A stretch of 64,000 nucleotides of DNA from Eledone cirrhosa. Taxonomy: Eukaryota. Shown here piece after piece: positions 29,891 through 44,679 of the stretch. Location: assembly GCA_964016885.1 (NCBI GenBank), contig OZ024754.1:35154001-35218000 (forward strand), written 5' to 3'. The notes under the pieces were generated by a model, which saw only the letters and a list, made by a program, of their open reading frames with translations, was not told where the DNA came from and searched no databases. The stretch's first letter is position 1. Each line of letters starts with the position of its first letter. Position numbers and translations under genes: made by a program.

Positions 29891-30395
29891 TTTTTTGTAA
29901 ATAGGTGTGTACACATGTTTGTGTATGTACATGCATATATTGAATAGTTATGCATGTATATATACATATATGCACACGTATGTGTGTATATTATATGCAT
30001 ACATGCAGGGCTATATATGTGTGTATGTATACATCTGTGTGAGCACATGAAAATGTACACACACATGTGTACACGCACACATATACATATATGTATATCT
30101 ATATATGTATAATACACTATATCCTTGTTTATGTATGTTTCCACACCGGCTAACGCATACTTTTGTACAAGTCTACATCTTATAACATTACAACTAATGT
30201 TCTCATCATTATTATTTACTTTTACTTTTATTAATACCTTCAGTGTTTTTGTTTAATCATTTTACTTTTATTAACACCATTTTCCATACCTGGTAGCTGG
30301 AAATCATTCGGCTATTCTAAAAAGAATTTATTCTCTTGATTTTTTTCCATAGCAGAAAAATGTTTTTCATAGCAAGAAATTGTTCTTCTCGCTTA

Positions 30396-30809
30396 TCATC
30401 ATCATCATCATCATCATCATTTTACATCCGCTTTTTCCCTGCTTGCAAGGGTGGGATGGGAACTGATTCTGGCTTGATTTCTACAGCTGGATGCCCTTCC
30501 TAACACCAACCTCATTTACACTGAGTGCAGGGTGCTTTTTTTTCCGTGGCGCCTCCACGTCCACTTTACAGTGTGGGTTGGGTGCTTTTTTTTGCCATGG
30601 CACCTCCACAACCACTTTGCAGTGGAATGATAGGGACCCCAGTCCTATCATCTCATTTCTACAGCTGAGTAAACTGGAGCAATGTGAAATAAAGTGTCTT
30701 GCTGAAGGAAACATAATTGTTTCTACTTTAGGCACAAGGCCAGCAATTACCCAGTGCATTACTGGTACTTTATTTTATCGACCCCGTGTCTTGCTGAAGG
30801 AAACATAAT
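30396..30809 (-). mobile_element. Family B SINE interrupted by a truncated family A SINE
   Basis: 24-nt duplication gtgtcttgctgaaggaaacataat at 30694-30717 and 30786-30809 around the family A 3' end. Confidence 0.85.
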
Positions 30810-30914
30810 GATGTAATAGTATAACTTTATTAATATTTAAAAACGGAAGGGAAAGGCAAGTGATCTAGTGTCACAGAAGAATGGTAGGGGGTAGGAGGAG
30901 GGTGATATGCTATT

Positions 30915-31215
30915 GGCCTAGGGGGTGATGGTGTTAGGGCTGCACCCTATGGATAAGACCGCACAAGCATTTCTGCAGACAATGGCCAGCAACATCTGCT
31001 GCAACAGCCACCCCACCTTGTGGGGCTCCTTCTTCAGATGGGCTGCCAAAGTTCCGATCTTGCAGAGGAGCTTGGCAGTATGGGATCCAAGTATGCCTGA
31101 GGTCTCCATGGTGACTGGTGCAAAGAGGAAGCAGCTGGACAATCCCTGGTATTTGTTTGTCTTGCTCCTTGTATATTTTATGCCCATCACCAGAGAATAT
31201 CTTCATGAACTGCTG
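30915..31215 (-). mobile_element. Non-LTR retrotransposon C-terminal restriction-like endonuclease fragment (CRE-like)
   Basis: KTNKYQGL..FLFAPVTMETSGILG..TAKLLCKIG...WLLQQMLLAIVCRNACAVL resembles the K..KY..L...F.P...ET.G..G / QR.S.A..RGNA pattern of RLE elements. Confidence 0.7.
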
Positions 31216-32377
31216 TTATGTCTTCCTGTTTTCTTTTGGTTGTAACACTTTTAAAAATATTTGCTTTAATCTGTATATATATGTATCAATGGTAACTAGC
31301 TCAGTCAATTTCACTTAAGTCTAGCAGTGACATAGACCTCAGTTCAAAATATTAATCTTTCACATAGGGTTTTTCAAACATTTTCACATCTAACTCCTTT
31401 TGATCATATAATATTTAAAATTTTCACAATGATCTCTCCACTAGTATAGTTAATAACAAGCATTTGAATTATTAAACCCATTTTTAGGTATTTTTTACTA
31501 AATCATGACAGAATGTTAAGATTTAATTAACAACCTTGAATATGCAACATTATTTTAGCATAAGTGATTGCATCACATTAAATATTAAAAACTTTACTTC
31601 TTATATTATGAGTTTTCACAATGATATTTTCAACTATTAACAAACACTGTCTTTAGATATTCTCAAAATCTGTAGACAATGTTAACTATTAAATATACAC
31701 ATACATATAGAGAAAGCTACAAACTTCTAAATCCACTGGATTGATTCTTGCATTTAGCACGATAGTTTCAAATCCAGTTTCATTTCTATATTAACACAAA
31801 AACATTTCTTTATGACACCGTGTGTGTATATGTCTGTGTGTGAATATATAAATGCATGTTTGCATGCTTGATAAAGCTCAACACCAAACTGATGAAAAGC
31901 ATACCACTATTATAAAGACACAAAGCAGGTTATCATCACAAAATATACAAACATTGAAGTAGTAGTAATAGTAGTAGTAGTGGTGGTAGTAGTTGTGGTG
32001 GTAGTAGTAGTAATAGTATGAATGTTAGTAGCAACACTAATGGTAGTGGTAATATTAATTGCAATTTGAATACCAGTTACTCTCTTATTTGGTTTATTTT
32101 ACTCATATAAACTAAGGAACTTTAAATGCAAATTTTGTCTTCCCGAGACCCTCTGGAGAATCAATTTTTTGCTATCTATATTAAATCGAAAATCAGAAAC
32201 TTTTTTCACCTGTTTACACAGAAATTGCCACACATTTTACTTTAGAAATTTTGACCCAATTTAAAAATTTTACTATTAATGTATTAACTTCGCCATAGTT
32301 TTATGAATTTATTATTTATTATATTGATTTTTTGCATATTTAATCGTCTAAATTAATTATAGGACTGTATACATATA

Positions 32378-32584
32378 TTGTTTTTGATTTAGGCACAAAT
32401 CCAACAATTTTGAGGGCAGGAAAGTCGACTAAATTGACCCTAGTGCATTACTGGTACTTTATTTTATCGACCATGTAAGGATGAAAGGCAAAGGTAACCT
32501 GGGCATGATTTGAATGCAGATCGTAAAGGTCCGTAACTCTATGCCATAAAGCATGTTGTCTGTCATTCCACTGATACTGCCAAT
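32378..32584 (-). mobile_element. Family A SINE, diverged
   Basis: Family motifs present. Confidence 0.8.
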
Positions 32585-32684
32585 ATTGTTATTTTGTATG
32601 ACATCATGCCCATATGTTCTTGATCAAAATTTTTTTGTGGCCTATTTTGTATACATAGTTTATGACCATTTCCTGTATGTTTAA

Positions 32685-32904
32685 CCTTTTAATGTTCAAA
32701 CCGGCCAAAACCGGCCAGAATTCTCTACCTTTTTCTGTCGAAACTGGCTGTAACTGGTCGCTCAAACTGATGTTAAGGTATTGTTCTCAAAATAAATACT
32801 TTCAAAATCTCATAGATTCGATATTATGTGAGATAATTATGTGAGATAAAGCCTTTACCATGAAAATACAATAGTATATATAGAGTAATGTGAATGCTAA
32901 AGGG
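32685..32904 (-). mobile_element. piggyBac-like MITE family 1 (reverse copy)
   Basis: TTAA on both sides. Reverse complement of 51976-52185. Confidence 0.8.
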
Positions 32905-33289
32905 TTAAGAATGGTGACTCACCATATACCTTTACTTTTCAGATTATGTCCCTATATAACTATATAATGTTTACATTACAATTGTATTAGTGTGTTGAAT
33001 ATAGATTTAGAGATGTATATAAATCTATTTCGAGAGTATGCCTATATCATATGAATGTGGGCATATATAATTTATATATACTCACAACACATACATATCA
33101 TCATCATCATCATCTTCGTTTAACGTCCATCTTCCACGCTAGCATGGGTTAGACGTATAGATATATATATGTGTTGTAATATGCAAATAAAGTTTGTACA
33201 ACACTGACTTTGATTTTAAAAAATCTCTCTACCTACCTACCTATCTCTCTATATATATCTCTATATATATATATCTATATATATATATA

Positions 33290-33663
33290 TAAGAGACTCA
33301 CTCAGATGGTGGATGGGTGCTACACGAGAATGCTGAGGATGGCTCTGAACATTAATCAGTATACACTGAGGATGAAAAACTCAGAGCTGTATGGGAGCAT
33401 CCCAAAAGTCAGCTCAAAAGTGACACAGAGGAGACTGAGGTTGGCTGGACATGCTCACCGACATCCAGAGTTGACATTGCACTCAGTGCTCCTTTGGGAG
33501 CCCCTGCATGGACACACTAGAAGAGGAAGACCAAGGTTAACATATGTTGATGCCCTAAGGACAGACACTGGTCTGTTGGAGATGCAGGATATGGCAGCGA
33601 TAATGAGGGACAGAGACCGCTGGAGAGAACTCGTCCATGGATCTCGGGAATTTTACCCGCCTT
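33290..33663 (+). mobile_element. RTE-like LINE ORF 3' fragment (second family), open frame
   Basis: VDGCYTRMLRMALNI...RRLRLAGHAHRHPEL..LLWEPLHGHTRRGRPRLTYVDALRTDTGL...MRDRDRWR. Confidence 0.85.
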
Positions 33664-34309
33664 AGATAGATATATATCTATCTATATATCTATGTATATA
33701 TATATATGTGTGTATGTATATATATATGTTTGTCTGTATATGAATGTATATTTATGGATGTATATACGTGTGAATACATATGTATATATTATAATATAAG
33801 AACTTTTATTTTTTATAAGTATATACAAAGTACTTCTATTCATATATAAATGCTCATAAATGAGGCTCTCCCATCCATATATACTGGTTATGTTCCAATA
33901 TAAATGTATGTTGGTGTATATATCTGTATACATACATATTTATATATAGTTTATAAGTATGAAAAGATGTGTATATTTTAAATGCTTATGTGTGAATATA
34001 TTTTTGCATCAGTATGCATAAATATGTATATACACATAATATACATATATATATCATCATCATCATCATCATCATCGTTTAACGTCTATCTTCCATGCTT
34101 GCATGGGTTTGGACGGGAGTTTTCCCACTTGAGGTAAGAGTGGTTTTCTTGCTCGCATAGGACTGTCTGGCGGGTTTTCTACAGCTGGATGCCCTTCCTA
34201 ACACCAACCACATTTACAGTGTGGACTGGGAGGTTTTTACCGTGTTACCTACATGCCCACATTACAGCGTGGACTATGTGTTTTTTTGTCGTGACACCTA
34301 CACGACCTC

Positions 34310-34368
<59 letters not shown>

Positions 34369-34737
34369 GACCATGCTAGTTTGGAAGGTGGACGTTAAAC
34401 GATGATGATGATGATTCATTATCATCACTGTTTAACAGCAACTTTTTCACTCTAGTTGGGTTTAGATGAGTTGCCCTGTTGTCGGGTGACTGTGTCTTGT
34501 TCTTCCTAACACAAACCTCATTTACAGTGTGCGCTGGGGGCTTTTTGTCATCACACACACACATACACACATATATATATAGTAATTACATAAATGGAGT
34601 CATTTTAGCCATTTAAAAAATACACAAAAATTATTATATTCACTCTATATTTATGTCTTGCTGTCAAAACTTCCACAACAGTGAAACATATGTAATATGT
34701 TATGATGTAACACTGACTCTTTGTTCCTTTATTCTTA

Positions 34738-34788
<51 letters not shown>

Positions 34789-34801
34789 TACATATATATA
34801 C

Positions 34802-34859
<58 letters not shown>

Positions 34860-35211
34860 GTATGTGTATGTATGTATATGTGTTTGTATGTGTATGTGTG
34901 TGTTCATTTATTCAAAGGTGAATCTGTGAGAGTCACTGCTGGGAGTTTCTCATTCAGACTCAGCTTTGAATATATATTTTTCCACCACTGCTACCATAAA
35001 ATACTGAGAATTTCTTTCACTTAATTTCCTCTCACATTATTGTTTTACTACCAAACATTATATATGCACGCACACACACACATACACATACATACACAAA
35101 CACAAACACACACTCACACACATTCTTTATTAATGTTAAGATTTTTACCCGATGCTGTCATTGATGGTATTTTACTGTTTTGGCAGCTATCCTTGCATTC
35201 AGTTTTCTCAT

Positions 35212-35714
<503 letters not shown>

Positions 35715-36024
35715 AGTTTAAACATACAAATTCTAAGAATGAACATACGTATATATATATATAAATACACTTAATAGCAATGTGTCTGTACAAGAAGCAT
35801 AAACATTCACACGTGCACATAAGCACGCATGCATCCATTTATTTTGTAGGAATGTATGTCCTTACACACGCGCGCGCACACTCACACACATGCACACACT
35901 TATGCATGCGTGTGTGTGTGTATGTTGGTGTATGTGTATGAATATGAATGTGTTTTGTGCCTGTATATTTCTAAATATTTCTGTTTCATTACAAAGTCAT
36001 ATCTGTTAATAATCATTATAGTCA

Positions 36025-36028
36025 TAAC

Positions 36029-36100
<72 letters not shown>

Positions 36101-36285
36101 TGTTTCTACTTTAGGCACAAGGCCAGCAATTACCCAGTGCATTACTGGTACTTTATTTTATCGACCCCGTAAGGATGAAAGGCAAAGTCAACCTCGGCGG
36201 GATTTGAACTCAGATTGTAAAGGGACGTAACTATGCTGGAAAACATGGCGTCCGACCCTCTACCGATACTGCCAATCCACCGCCC

Positions 36286-36318
<33 letters not shown>

Positions 36319-36386
36319 TAATAATAATAGTAGTAGTAATAGTCATAATAATAATAATAATAATAATAATGATAATAATAATAATA
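36025..36386 (-). mobile_element. Full-length family A SINE (36098-36286) within (TAG)n/(TAA)n
   Basis: Near-consensus copy with long simple-repeat flanks. Confidence 0.9.
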
Positions 36387-37182
36387 AAAATTAAAGTGTC
36401 ATGCTTTGGCCATTTGAATAAGAATGCAATACGGAAATAGTGTATAGTAAAAATAATAGATATTTTCCATTTTTCAAAGTAGCTAAAAAAACATGCAGAT
36501 AAACTTCCCAGAAGCAATAGAAAAACATTTAGAGCTAATATTGATAATAATAATAATAATAGAAAAATATTTATGATAATATAAATATAAATAATGATAA
36601 TGTATAGTGATTGTTGATATTGATGGTGATGATAACAGTAGTGATAGTGATAACGGTGGTGATAATGATAATGGTGATAGTGATAATGGTAAAAGTGATT
36701 GTAGCGTATATTCTTCAGTGTAACAAACTGTTGTTTTTGTCTTTAGATCAGAAAATATTACATCTATCGCAAATGGAAAGATAGGGTTTTTTTTTTGTGC
36801 GTTTCTCATTTAATTTTTTTTTTTAAAAGCAACAGGCGTGTTATCTTTAATAATTATTACATTTCAGTGGAAAAGTGCCAACAAACAAGGTTAATTATTC
36901 TGTTAAGATTAATATTAAGTTTTCTTTTTTTTTTTTAAAGAAAAGAAATATGCTTCAATTCCTTATCAAACTGGATAATAATAAAAATAAAAATAATAAT
37001 AAAAGGATTTGGTGAGTGAGAGAGGAATATATATATAAAAAATAAATAAAAAATTAGGAAAAGGGTATGCTTTTTGAAAAGAATGTGAAGAAGGTGTATC
37101 ATGAATTGATACATAAATCTTTGCAGACTATGAAAAGTCATATTTGCTGATTTAAAGTAATTTGTAATCTACAAAATCTTAC

Positions 37183-37395
37183 CCTTTTACTTTTCCCAGA
37201 GAGCTTTACACTAAGCTTCCGCTTAACATCGCTCCCTGCCTCTGAGTGGATACTCATGCGATCACTCAAGTCTCCTTTATCTGCGGCATCCACTGTGACA
37301 GCAGGCAGTTCGACACTTTTACATGAATAGTCTGATGTACTGCGAACTATTGCCTCTTCTCTACTTTTCTCTTCACACTGTTTCTCTTCTTCTTG
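37183..37395 (-). CDS. Nav1: Sodium channel exon, intracellular loop I-II (not in the ORF track)
   Basis: 213 nt, open: QEEEKQCEEKSREEAIVRSTSDYSCKSVELPAVTVDAADKGDLSDRMSIHSEAGSDVKRKLSVKLSGKSKR. SDYSCKSVEL and DRMSIHS resemble para-type loop I-II (SEYSCHSYEL, EKMSIRS). Acceptor tactaacattaaactttcacag, donor AGG|gtaaga, phase 0/0 matching both neighbours. Confidence 0.9.
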
Positions 37396-37410
37396 CTGTG
37401 AAAGTTTAAT

Positions 37411-37417
37411 GTTAGTA
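37411..37417 (-). promoter_or_regulatory. Consensus branch point TACTAAC upstream of the 37395 acceptor
   Basis: Plus-strand gttagta is TACTAAC on the transcript strand, with the branch A 17 nt before the exon. Confidence 0.75.
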
Positions 37418-38138
37418 GCAAATTTTACTTGTCGTTACAGTAAAGAAATAAAACAGTAACAAAAAAAAATTATATATATATATATATATAATTATATATA
37501 TATATATATGAGGTAAATAAATTGTTAAATTGTTCAGTACGCAGAATTCTAAGACAGAACCAAAATTGATTAGTTGGTGCAACAGTTTCATTTTATAGAC
37601 ATGTATTTCAAGATATATATACACCCATGAAAACAAAGTACATCAATTGGGTTTGAATACAAGATGGGCGTTGTGGCAAGAATTCTGAGGATAAAGTCAG
37701 TTTTTCCATTAGTTATGGCATTATTATTATCATCATTATTATCATTATTATTATTATTATTATTATTAGGGATAAACAAATAGTCTTTTTTAGAAAGAGT
37801 GAAATAAATTGTTCACTGCCCTCAAAAAAAAAAAAAATAATAAAAGACAATTTGAGACTGATGGCCAAGAATTCTTATCACAAATGAAATAAAGTTCATT
37901 TATATGTGAATAAAAAAAACCTGGAAAATTGTTGAGGACAAGTCTTAGAAACGACTTTCCAGTTATCACTTGTTTTAAAGAATGTTAAAGGAGATTTGTT
38001 CACATTGAAATTGTAACCAATAATAATAATAATTAATAAAATACTAGACAAACAGTTATGGTTATAGCTTTTAGATAAAAAAAAATATAAGTACTTTAAA
38101 AGCTTAGACTAAAAAAAAATTATTAATGGTGTTCTTTT

Positions 38139-38179
<41 letters not shown>

Positions 38180-38304
38180 TTTTATATAACTTTATATCTT
38201 GTTAAGTCCCTTTGTTGAATAATGAAAGCAGTAGATTCAAATTATAAATATTCAAATGATAAACAGTTTTATTACTTTTTCTGACAATGACACTATATAT
38301 ATAT

Positions 38305-38328
38305 ATTAGATTTAAATTATAAGATATA

Positions 38329-38370
<42 letters not shown>

Positions 38371-38394
38371 TATATCTTATAATTTAAATCTAAT
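38305..38394. repeat. Perfect 90-bp palindrome centred on (TA)n
   Basis: attagatttaaattataagatatacac-(ta)n-gtgtatatcttataatttaaatctaat. Confidence 0.9.
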
Positions 38395-39594
38395 TCACCT
38401 AATGTACCAAATATCCTGTGTTAAAGGAACACCTATCTGCTATGTTAATGTTACACACGTCAAATAGTAGAAATATTCTAATTTATATATTATTCTTATT
38501 ACCGTTTCAATTCTAGGCATGGCTACATGGTTAAGAAATGCACTTTGCAACCATATGGTTTTGAGTTTCATCCCACTGCATGGCATCTTGGGCTGATCAA
38601 TGTCTTATGAAAAGTTTGATAGATGGAACTTATATGAAGCCTATAACTATATATATGTGTGTGTGCTTGTGTGACCCCAGAGCCTTATGGTTTTGAAGTT
38701 AACTCCTTAGCTACTTTGCCATGAATACTTAAGCTATTATTTTTATATTGATAATACCACTATCTTAGTCCCCATATGAAATACTTTTTACTGTCCTCCC
38801 TTAAACTTAGAACCTTGCTTATTGTAGTTTAAGTATCATGAAGAATCGTTAGTCAGTCCTTTGTAGTAGTAGAACATTCTGTTAATATATAGATCAATTA
38901 GAAGTCAACTAAACCCAAAACAGAAAGAAATTTCAATTAGACCTTTTATTAAACCAATTACCAAACTCTGAAACCACTCATGGTCCTATGGTATGAAACC
39001 ATTTGTTTTAAAATGTTTATATTTATCTAAAAACCTTCCATCATAATTTTATGTAAGGCATTTTGTTGTGTTCCAAACACCAGCTTAATAATGAGAAAGT
39101 TTGTTATATTACTAATTCCCTTTAAAATAATTAAAAATGTTTTAAGATATTATATAAATTCTTAATCAGATTCAACATCAGCCCAAGTAAGATTGGAATG
39201 ATTTTTCTTGCCTATCTAAAATATATTTTTCAACTCAGATTTACTTAATATAGGAAAAAAACAACAAAATAATTGAAAGCTTGTTTATTTGTGTAAAATT
39301 TTAGTAAAGTTTAATTGGTTTAATTCAACATTCTGTACCACATTAGCAAGACATTCTTGAAAAATACAAAAATTACCGTCTTTACTTTAATACTGTAAAG
39401 TTTCACAATGATCTGTTCACTAGTAAAGATATAAACATTTGAATTAAAAAACCCACTTTTAGATATTTTCTGTTAAATCATTACAGAATGTTAAGACTTA
39501 AACGTGTTGAATGTTATACAGGACATCTATATACCTAGAAATGTTTACTCTCAATAAAGATCTCTTCAGTCAGTTTAAAGCAATGTTTTTTTAA

Positions 39595-39841
39595 CACTTT
39601 TGATACTAAACCTTCTGAAACTGCTCCTGATTCTGTGACACAAAACAGTTTATTTTAAAGTATTTATATTTATCTAAATACCTTCCATCATAATTTTACG
39701 TAGAAAACCTTATTAAATTATGTTTCAAACACCAGCCTAATAATGAGAAAGGGGGTTATATTACTAAATCCATCCAAATTCTTGACTTATTTGAATAACA
39801 TAGGCAGTGTCTTTCATTATATAGATATGGTAAGATAAAGG
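39595..39841 (+). mobile_element. piggyBac-like MITE family 2
   Basis: TTAA flanks, homologous to 40091-40339 and 49373-49597. Confidence 0.7.
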
Positions 39842-40090
39842 TTAAACTATTTTTTTTTTCAAATGTGAACTAAACTGAAATAGTTAAGTTAAAGTTCATA
39901 TATTTAATATAGGAAGTATTAAAATAATATTCAGTATTAGAGCTGACATACAATCTGCCACAGAAGCCACATCATTGAAAGAAGATCATCATTATAAAAA
40001 AAAAAAGAAATGAATTTATTGCTATTTTAAACAGAAATGTCATAAAGCTGTCATGATATTAACTTTTGACACATCCAGAAGAGAGTTTAA

Positions 40091-40339
40091 CCCATTGATA
40101 CCAAACTACCAGAACCCTCCATCCCCACTGTGAATCCATGATACTAAGCTGCTTATTTTAAAATGTTTATATTTATCCAAAATACCATCCATCATAATTT
40201 TATGTAAAAATCTTTCTTAAGTTATGTTCCATCAACTTAATAATGAGAAACTTTTACTTATTTTTTCCAAAGTCTTTTTTTCCAAAATGATTTGAAAATT
40301 ACAGGCAGTGTTTTTCATTAAAATACGACAAAGAAAAGG
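40091..40339 (+). mobile_element. piggyBac-like MITE family 2
   Basis: ttaa|cccattgatacc ... gaaaagg|ttaa with shared body ccatcataattttatgta. Confidence 0.7.
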
Positions 40340-40829
40340 TTAATACTGTTAGTACTAATACCAACTAACTAAGTAATAAGCCAGTCAGCCAATCAATGAT
40401 AAACTGAGACTAATACAGGAATACAAATAAAACGATGTTTAGTTTTAATTTCTCACTCCAATATATTAATGGCGTTTCACTGACTAACATCAGAGATCTC
40501 CTCTCTATCTGGACATTGCGTATGACATCTAGAAGAGGGAGTATCAAAGTTGTGGGGTCCATGGAAAGGAATGGGAAGGTGTAGAAGTCATGTTACAATA
40601 CAATGACAACCTGAAGCAGAATACTGGCCTGGAATCTATTCAGAAACAGAAGTTGTCAATGATGGACAGAAAAGGAACGTTGCTGCCTTGGTCTAGACAG
40701 AAGCCCCTGACATAACTAACTAACCAATTCATTAAAAGAACACATCCTCAACTGTGTGGTACATAAAACAAATTACTGTCTTTGATAAAGCAGCTTTTAC
40801 TTCAACGTAATCATATATATTCTGTAAAT

Positions 40830-41020
40830 AATTGTTTCTACTTTTGGCACAAGGTTAGCAATTATCTCAGTGCATTACTGGTACTTTATTTTATCGACCC
40901 CTTAAGGATGAAAAGCAAAGTTAACCTGGGGGGATTTGAGCTCAGAACGTAAAGGGTCATAACTCTATGCTGCAAAGCATGGTATCTGAAGCTCTACCGA
41001 TACTGCCAAACCACCGCCCT
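40830..41020 (-). mobile_element. Family A SINE
   Basis: Full length, with the duplication ctgtaaataat on both sides. Confidence 0.9.
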
Positions 41021-41599
41021 GTAAATAATAACATAAATGAGAGCTAAGTCATTTGAACACTCACTAAGTTAATCTAGTCAACAGTGACACTTCATTAAAA
41101 ATTTAAATCACGCCAACAAATATCCTACTTTACTTCCCAACAACACATTATGTATCTGAAGAACACTCAGTGTCTGATTATAATTATCATAATTTATTTC
41201 GGAATAATAATGAAAACAACAATAATCATTAGATCAAGGCATTTGTTCAAAAACACTTGACTTGGTACCATTGGCTGATACAATGAAAGTCTTTGACTTG
41301 TACCATTATAACTTCCACCAACAACAGTAAAGGTTTTAACTTTATACCTTGCTATCTATTCATACAAAAATTAATTAACATCACTTTAGAAAAAACAACA
41401 CAAAACACTGGCTAGCAAACTACTTGTAAGATTAAGAAGCTTGTGTAGTTACAGGAACAACACTTTCAGAACGTGGCTATCCATCAAATTATAAAGCTTG
41501 TATAGTGTATGAGAATAACACTTCCAGAACTTAACTATATCTTCATTGGAGTACGAGAAGGATCCATTTTCTTACCCAGCCTTTTCAACTTATATCATG

Positions 41600-41850
41600 A
41601 CTCGTGCACTGTTCATTTTCCTGATGTTTGTGCATTGCCCTATGTACTATACATACACTTTCGATGAGTTGTAGTGCACCTGAGCACTGTACACAATATT
41701 TCATTATTATTAATATTATTATTATTATATCATAACTCATACACTGTTCATTTTCCTGACATTTGTACATTATTCTATGTACTATACATGCACCTTTGAT
41801 GAGTTGTAGTGCACCTGAGCACTATACACAATAATTTCATTATCATTATT
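41600..41850. repeat. Local tandem duplication, two units of about 135 bp
   Basis: cactgttcattttcctga...gatgagttgtagtgcacctgagcact occurs twice. Confidence 0.85.
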
Positions 41851-42523
41851 ATATCTCTAAATCTATACAATCTTTCCACACTACCATAAAACATACAAAC
41901 AGTTTCATAGGCAGATATTACATTCATATCTTCCTGTCTATCTGCAGACAGTGGTACGTAACTAATCCAGACTTAAATCACCTAAAATCCTGATTCTACA
42001 ATAATAGACTTCAAATAGAATCTAGCCATATCCATTGTTTCTTTTCTTATTAGCAACACCAGAGAACATGAAATGTAACCAAACCAACATTAACACTCAA
42101 CAAAATAAACATACTACTACAAACCACAGCTATCACTTACAATTGAATATAACTTGGTAGTATGTTTATATTTAAATAAGGGTTTTAGTTACCCTAGCAG
42201 TTTTAAGAAGACAGAAACACCTAAAACACCTCATTTGATAGTGTGAACTCGGAGTGCAGACACTCAGAACCAATATCCAATGCTCTTATGACCCTGCCAT
42301 AACTATTCTACAGACAAAACTGCAAGGAGTTAAATACAATACCTTCGCAGTATATACAGAACACAGAAAACAATAAAGAAACAGTAACAACAACAACAAT
42401 GTTGGACAATCAATAGATTACTTTCATTACAAACTGTAATCAGCTCTACTTGGGTCCCCATTCTTTCCATGATAAATTATGGTATGTAAATACACACACA
42501 TGCATATATATATATATATATAT

Positions 42524-42706
42524 AATTGTTTCTACTTTAGGCACAAGGCCAGCAATTACCCAGTACATTACTGGTACTTTATTTTATCGACCCCGTAAGG
42601 ATGAAAGGCAAAGTTAACCTCGGCGGGATTTGAACTCAGACTGTAAAGGGACGTAACTATGCTAGAAAGCATGGCGTCCAACCCTCTACCGATACAGCTA
42701 ATTCAC
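42524..42706 (-). mobile_element. Family A SINE
   Basis: Near-consensus copy. Confidence 0.9.
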
Positions 42707-42934
42707 TGATATATATAATATTCCCCACACATATCACACACACACACATATATATATATATAAACACACACATTCAGTACAGTAGGCATTAACAGACCAA
42801 TACACAGGGAAGACCTTATAACAAATATTCTCCAGTTATGAGTAGTTAGGACAGGGTACCATAATAGCTTCCAAATACTTTCAGCTGGGGCCAATTGCGA
42901 GATTCTATTGCAGAAAATTTGTTCAATAGGAAAA

Positions 42935-43316
42935 AAGAATACGATTGCAAATACAAGCAGCTAAAATGGAATTCCTCCAAAGGGTCTTTGGAGTAATGTT
43001 ACTTGATAGAGTGCATAGCTCGGAGATCAGAGAGTCACTCCAGATAGAACCGCTACTTCTCAGAATTGAAAGATCACAGTTCCGATACTATGGGCATGTG
43101 GTTAGAATGTCTCAGGAAAGAATCAGTGGACAGATTTTATGGGCAAAACCAACAGGTAGGAGACCCAGGTAAGACGCCGAGCAAGATGGTTAGATAACAT
43201 CCATGAGCTGGGCTGGTCTCACTAGGGGATCCAGTCGGATCAGTTGGTGCTGGTTGCTTCTGATAGGACCTGCTGGAAGGAATATTTGAGGACTCTTCCT
43301 CCACAACCCTCTCAGG
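42935..43316 (+). mobile_element. RTE LINE 3' fragment
   Basis: IQAAKMEFLQRVFGVMLLDRVHSSEIRESLQIEPLLLRIERSQFRYYGHVVRMSQER...RPR. Overlaps in sequence with both 6520-6611 and 10884-11140. Confidence 0.88.
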
Positions 43317-43454
43317 AAAATATATATTTTTAGAAATAAATAAATAATTTAGAGTACTTATGTAAATGAGTGACATATGGAAGATTAAGTTAGGCAACTA
43401 TGCTTGAATGTTTCTGGAGCAGATACTCAGAGTCAGAGTCAGTATATTCCATAT

Positions 43455-43885
43455 ATGTGTTTGTGTTTGAGTATATGGGTGTGTGTGAGGAAGAGTGTGC
43501 GAATGCGTGTGTGTGTGTGTGTGAGGAAGAGTGTGCGAATGCGTGTGTGTGTGTGTGTGAGAGAGTGGGTATGTCTGAGAGAGAGAGAGAGAGAGTGTGT
43601 GTGTTTGTGTGGGTGTGAGAGAGAGTGGGTATGTGTGTGTGTGTGTGAGAGAGAGATAGAGAGAGATAGAGAGAGAGTGAGTGTGTGTGTGTTTGTGTGT
43701 ATGTGAGAGAAAGAGAGAGAGTGTTTGTGGGTGTGTGTGAGAGAGAGTGTGTCTGTGTGTGTGAGAGAGAGAGAGAGTAAGTGTGTGTGTTTGTGTGTGT
43801 GTGAGAGAGTAAGTGTGTGTGTTTGTGTGTGTGTGAGAGAAAGAGAGAGTGAGAGTGTTTGTGGGTGTGTGTGAGAGAGTGTGTA

Positions 43886-43918
<33 letters not shown>

Positions 43919-44644
43919 GTGAGAGAGAGAGAGTGAGTGAGAGAGAGAGTGAGTGTGTGTGTATGTGTGTGTGTGAGAGAAAGAGAGAGAGAGTGTTTGT
44001 GGGTGTGTGTGAGAGAGAGTGGGTATGTGTGTGTGTGTGAGAGAGAGAGAGAGTGAGTGTGTGTGTTTGTGTGTGTGTGAGAGAAAGAGAGAGAGAGAGT
44101 GTTTGTGGGTGTGTGTGAGAGAGAGTGTGTCTGTGTGTGTGTGAGAGAGAGAGTGAGTGTGTGTGTTTGTGTGTGTGTGAGAGAAAGAGAGAGTGAGAGT
44201 GTTTGTGGGTGTGTGTGAGAGAGTGTGTATGTGTGTGTGTGAGAGAGAGAGAGAGAGTGAGAGAGAGAGAGAGTGAGTGAGAGAGAGAGAGTGAGTGTGT
44301 GTGTATGTGTGTGTGTGAGAGAAAGAGAGAGAGAGTGTTTGTGGGTGTGTGTGAGAGAGAGAGTGGGTATGTGTGTGTGTGAGAGAGAGAGAGAGAGTGA
44401 GAGAGAGAGAGTGAGTGAGAGAGAGAGAGTGAGTGTGTGTGTATGTGTGTGTGTGAGAGAAAGAGAGAGAGAGTGTTTGTGGGTGTGTGTGAGAGAGAGA
44501 GTGTGTATGTGTGTGTGTGAGAGAGAGAGAGAGAGTGAGAGAGAGAGAGTGAGTGAGAGAGAGAGAGTGAGTGTGTGTGTATGTGTGTGTGTGAGAGAAA
44601 GAGAGAGAGAGTGTTTGTGGGTGTGTGTGAGAGAGAGAGTGGGT

Positions 44645-44679
<35 letters not shown>

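Noticed and set aside
28670-30144. ORFs of 360-476 aa on both strands
   Set aside because: Satellite translation artefacts.
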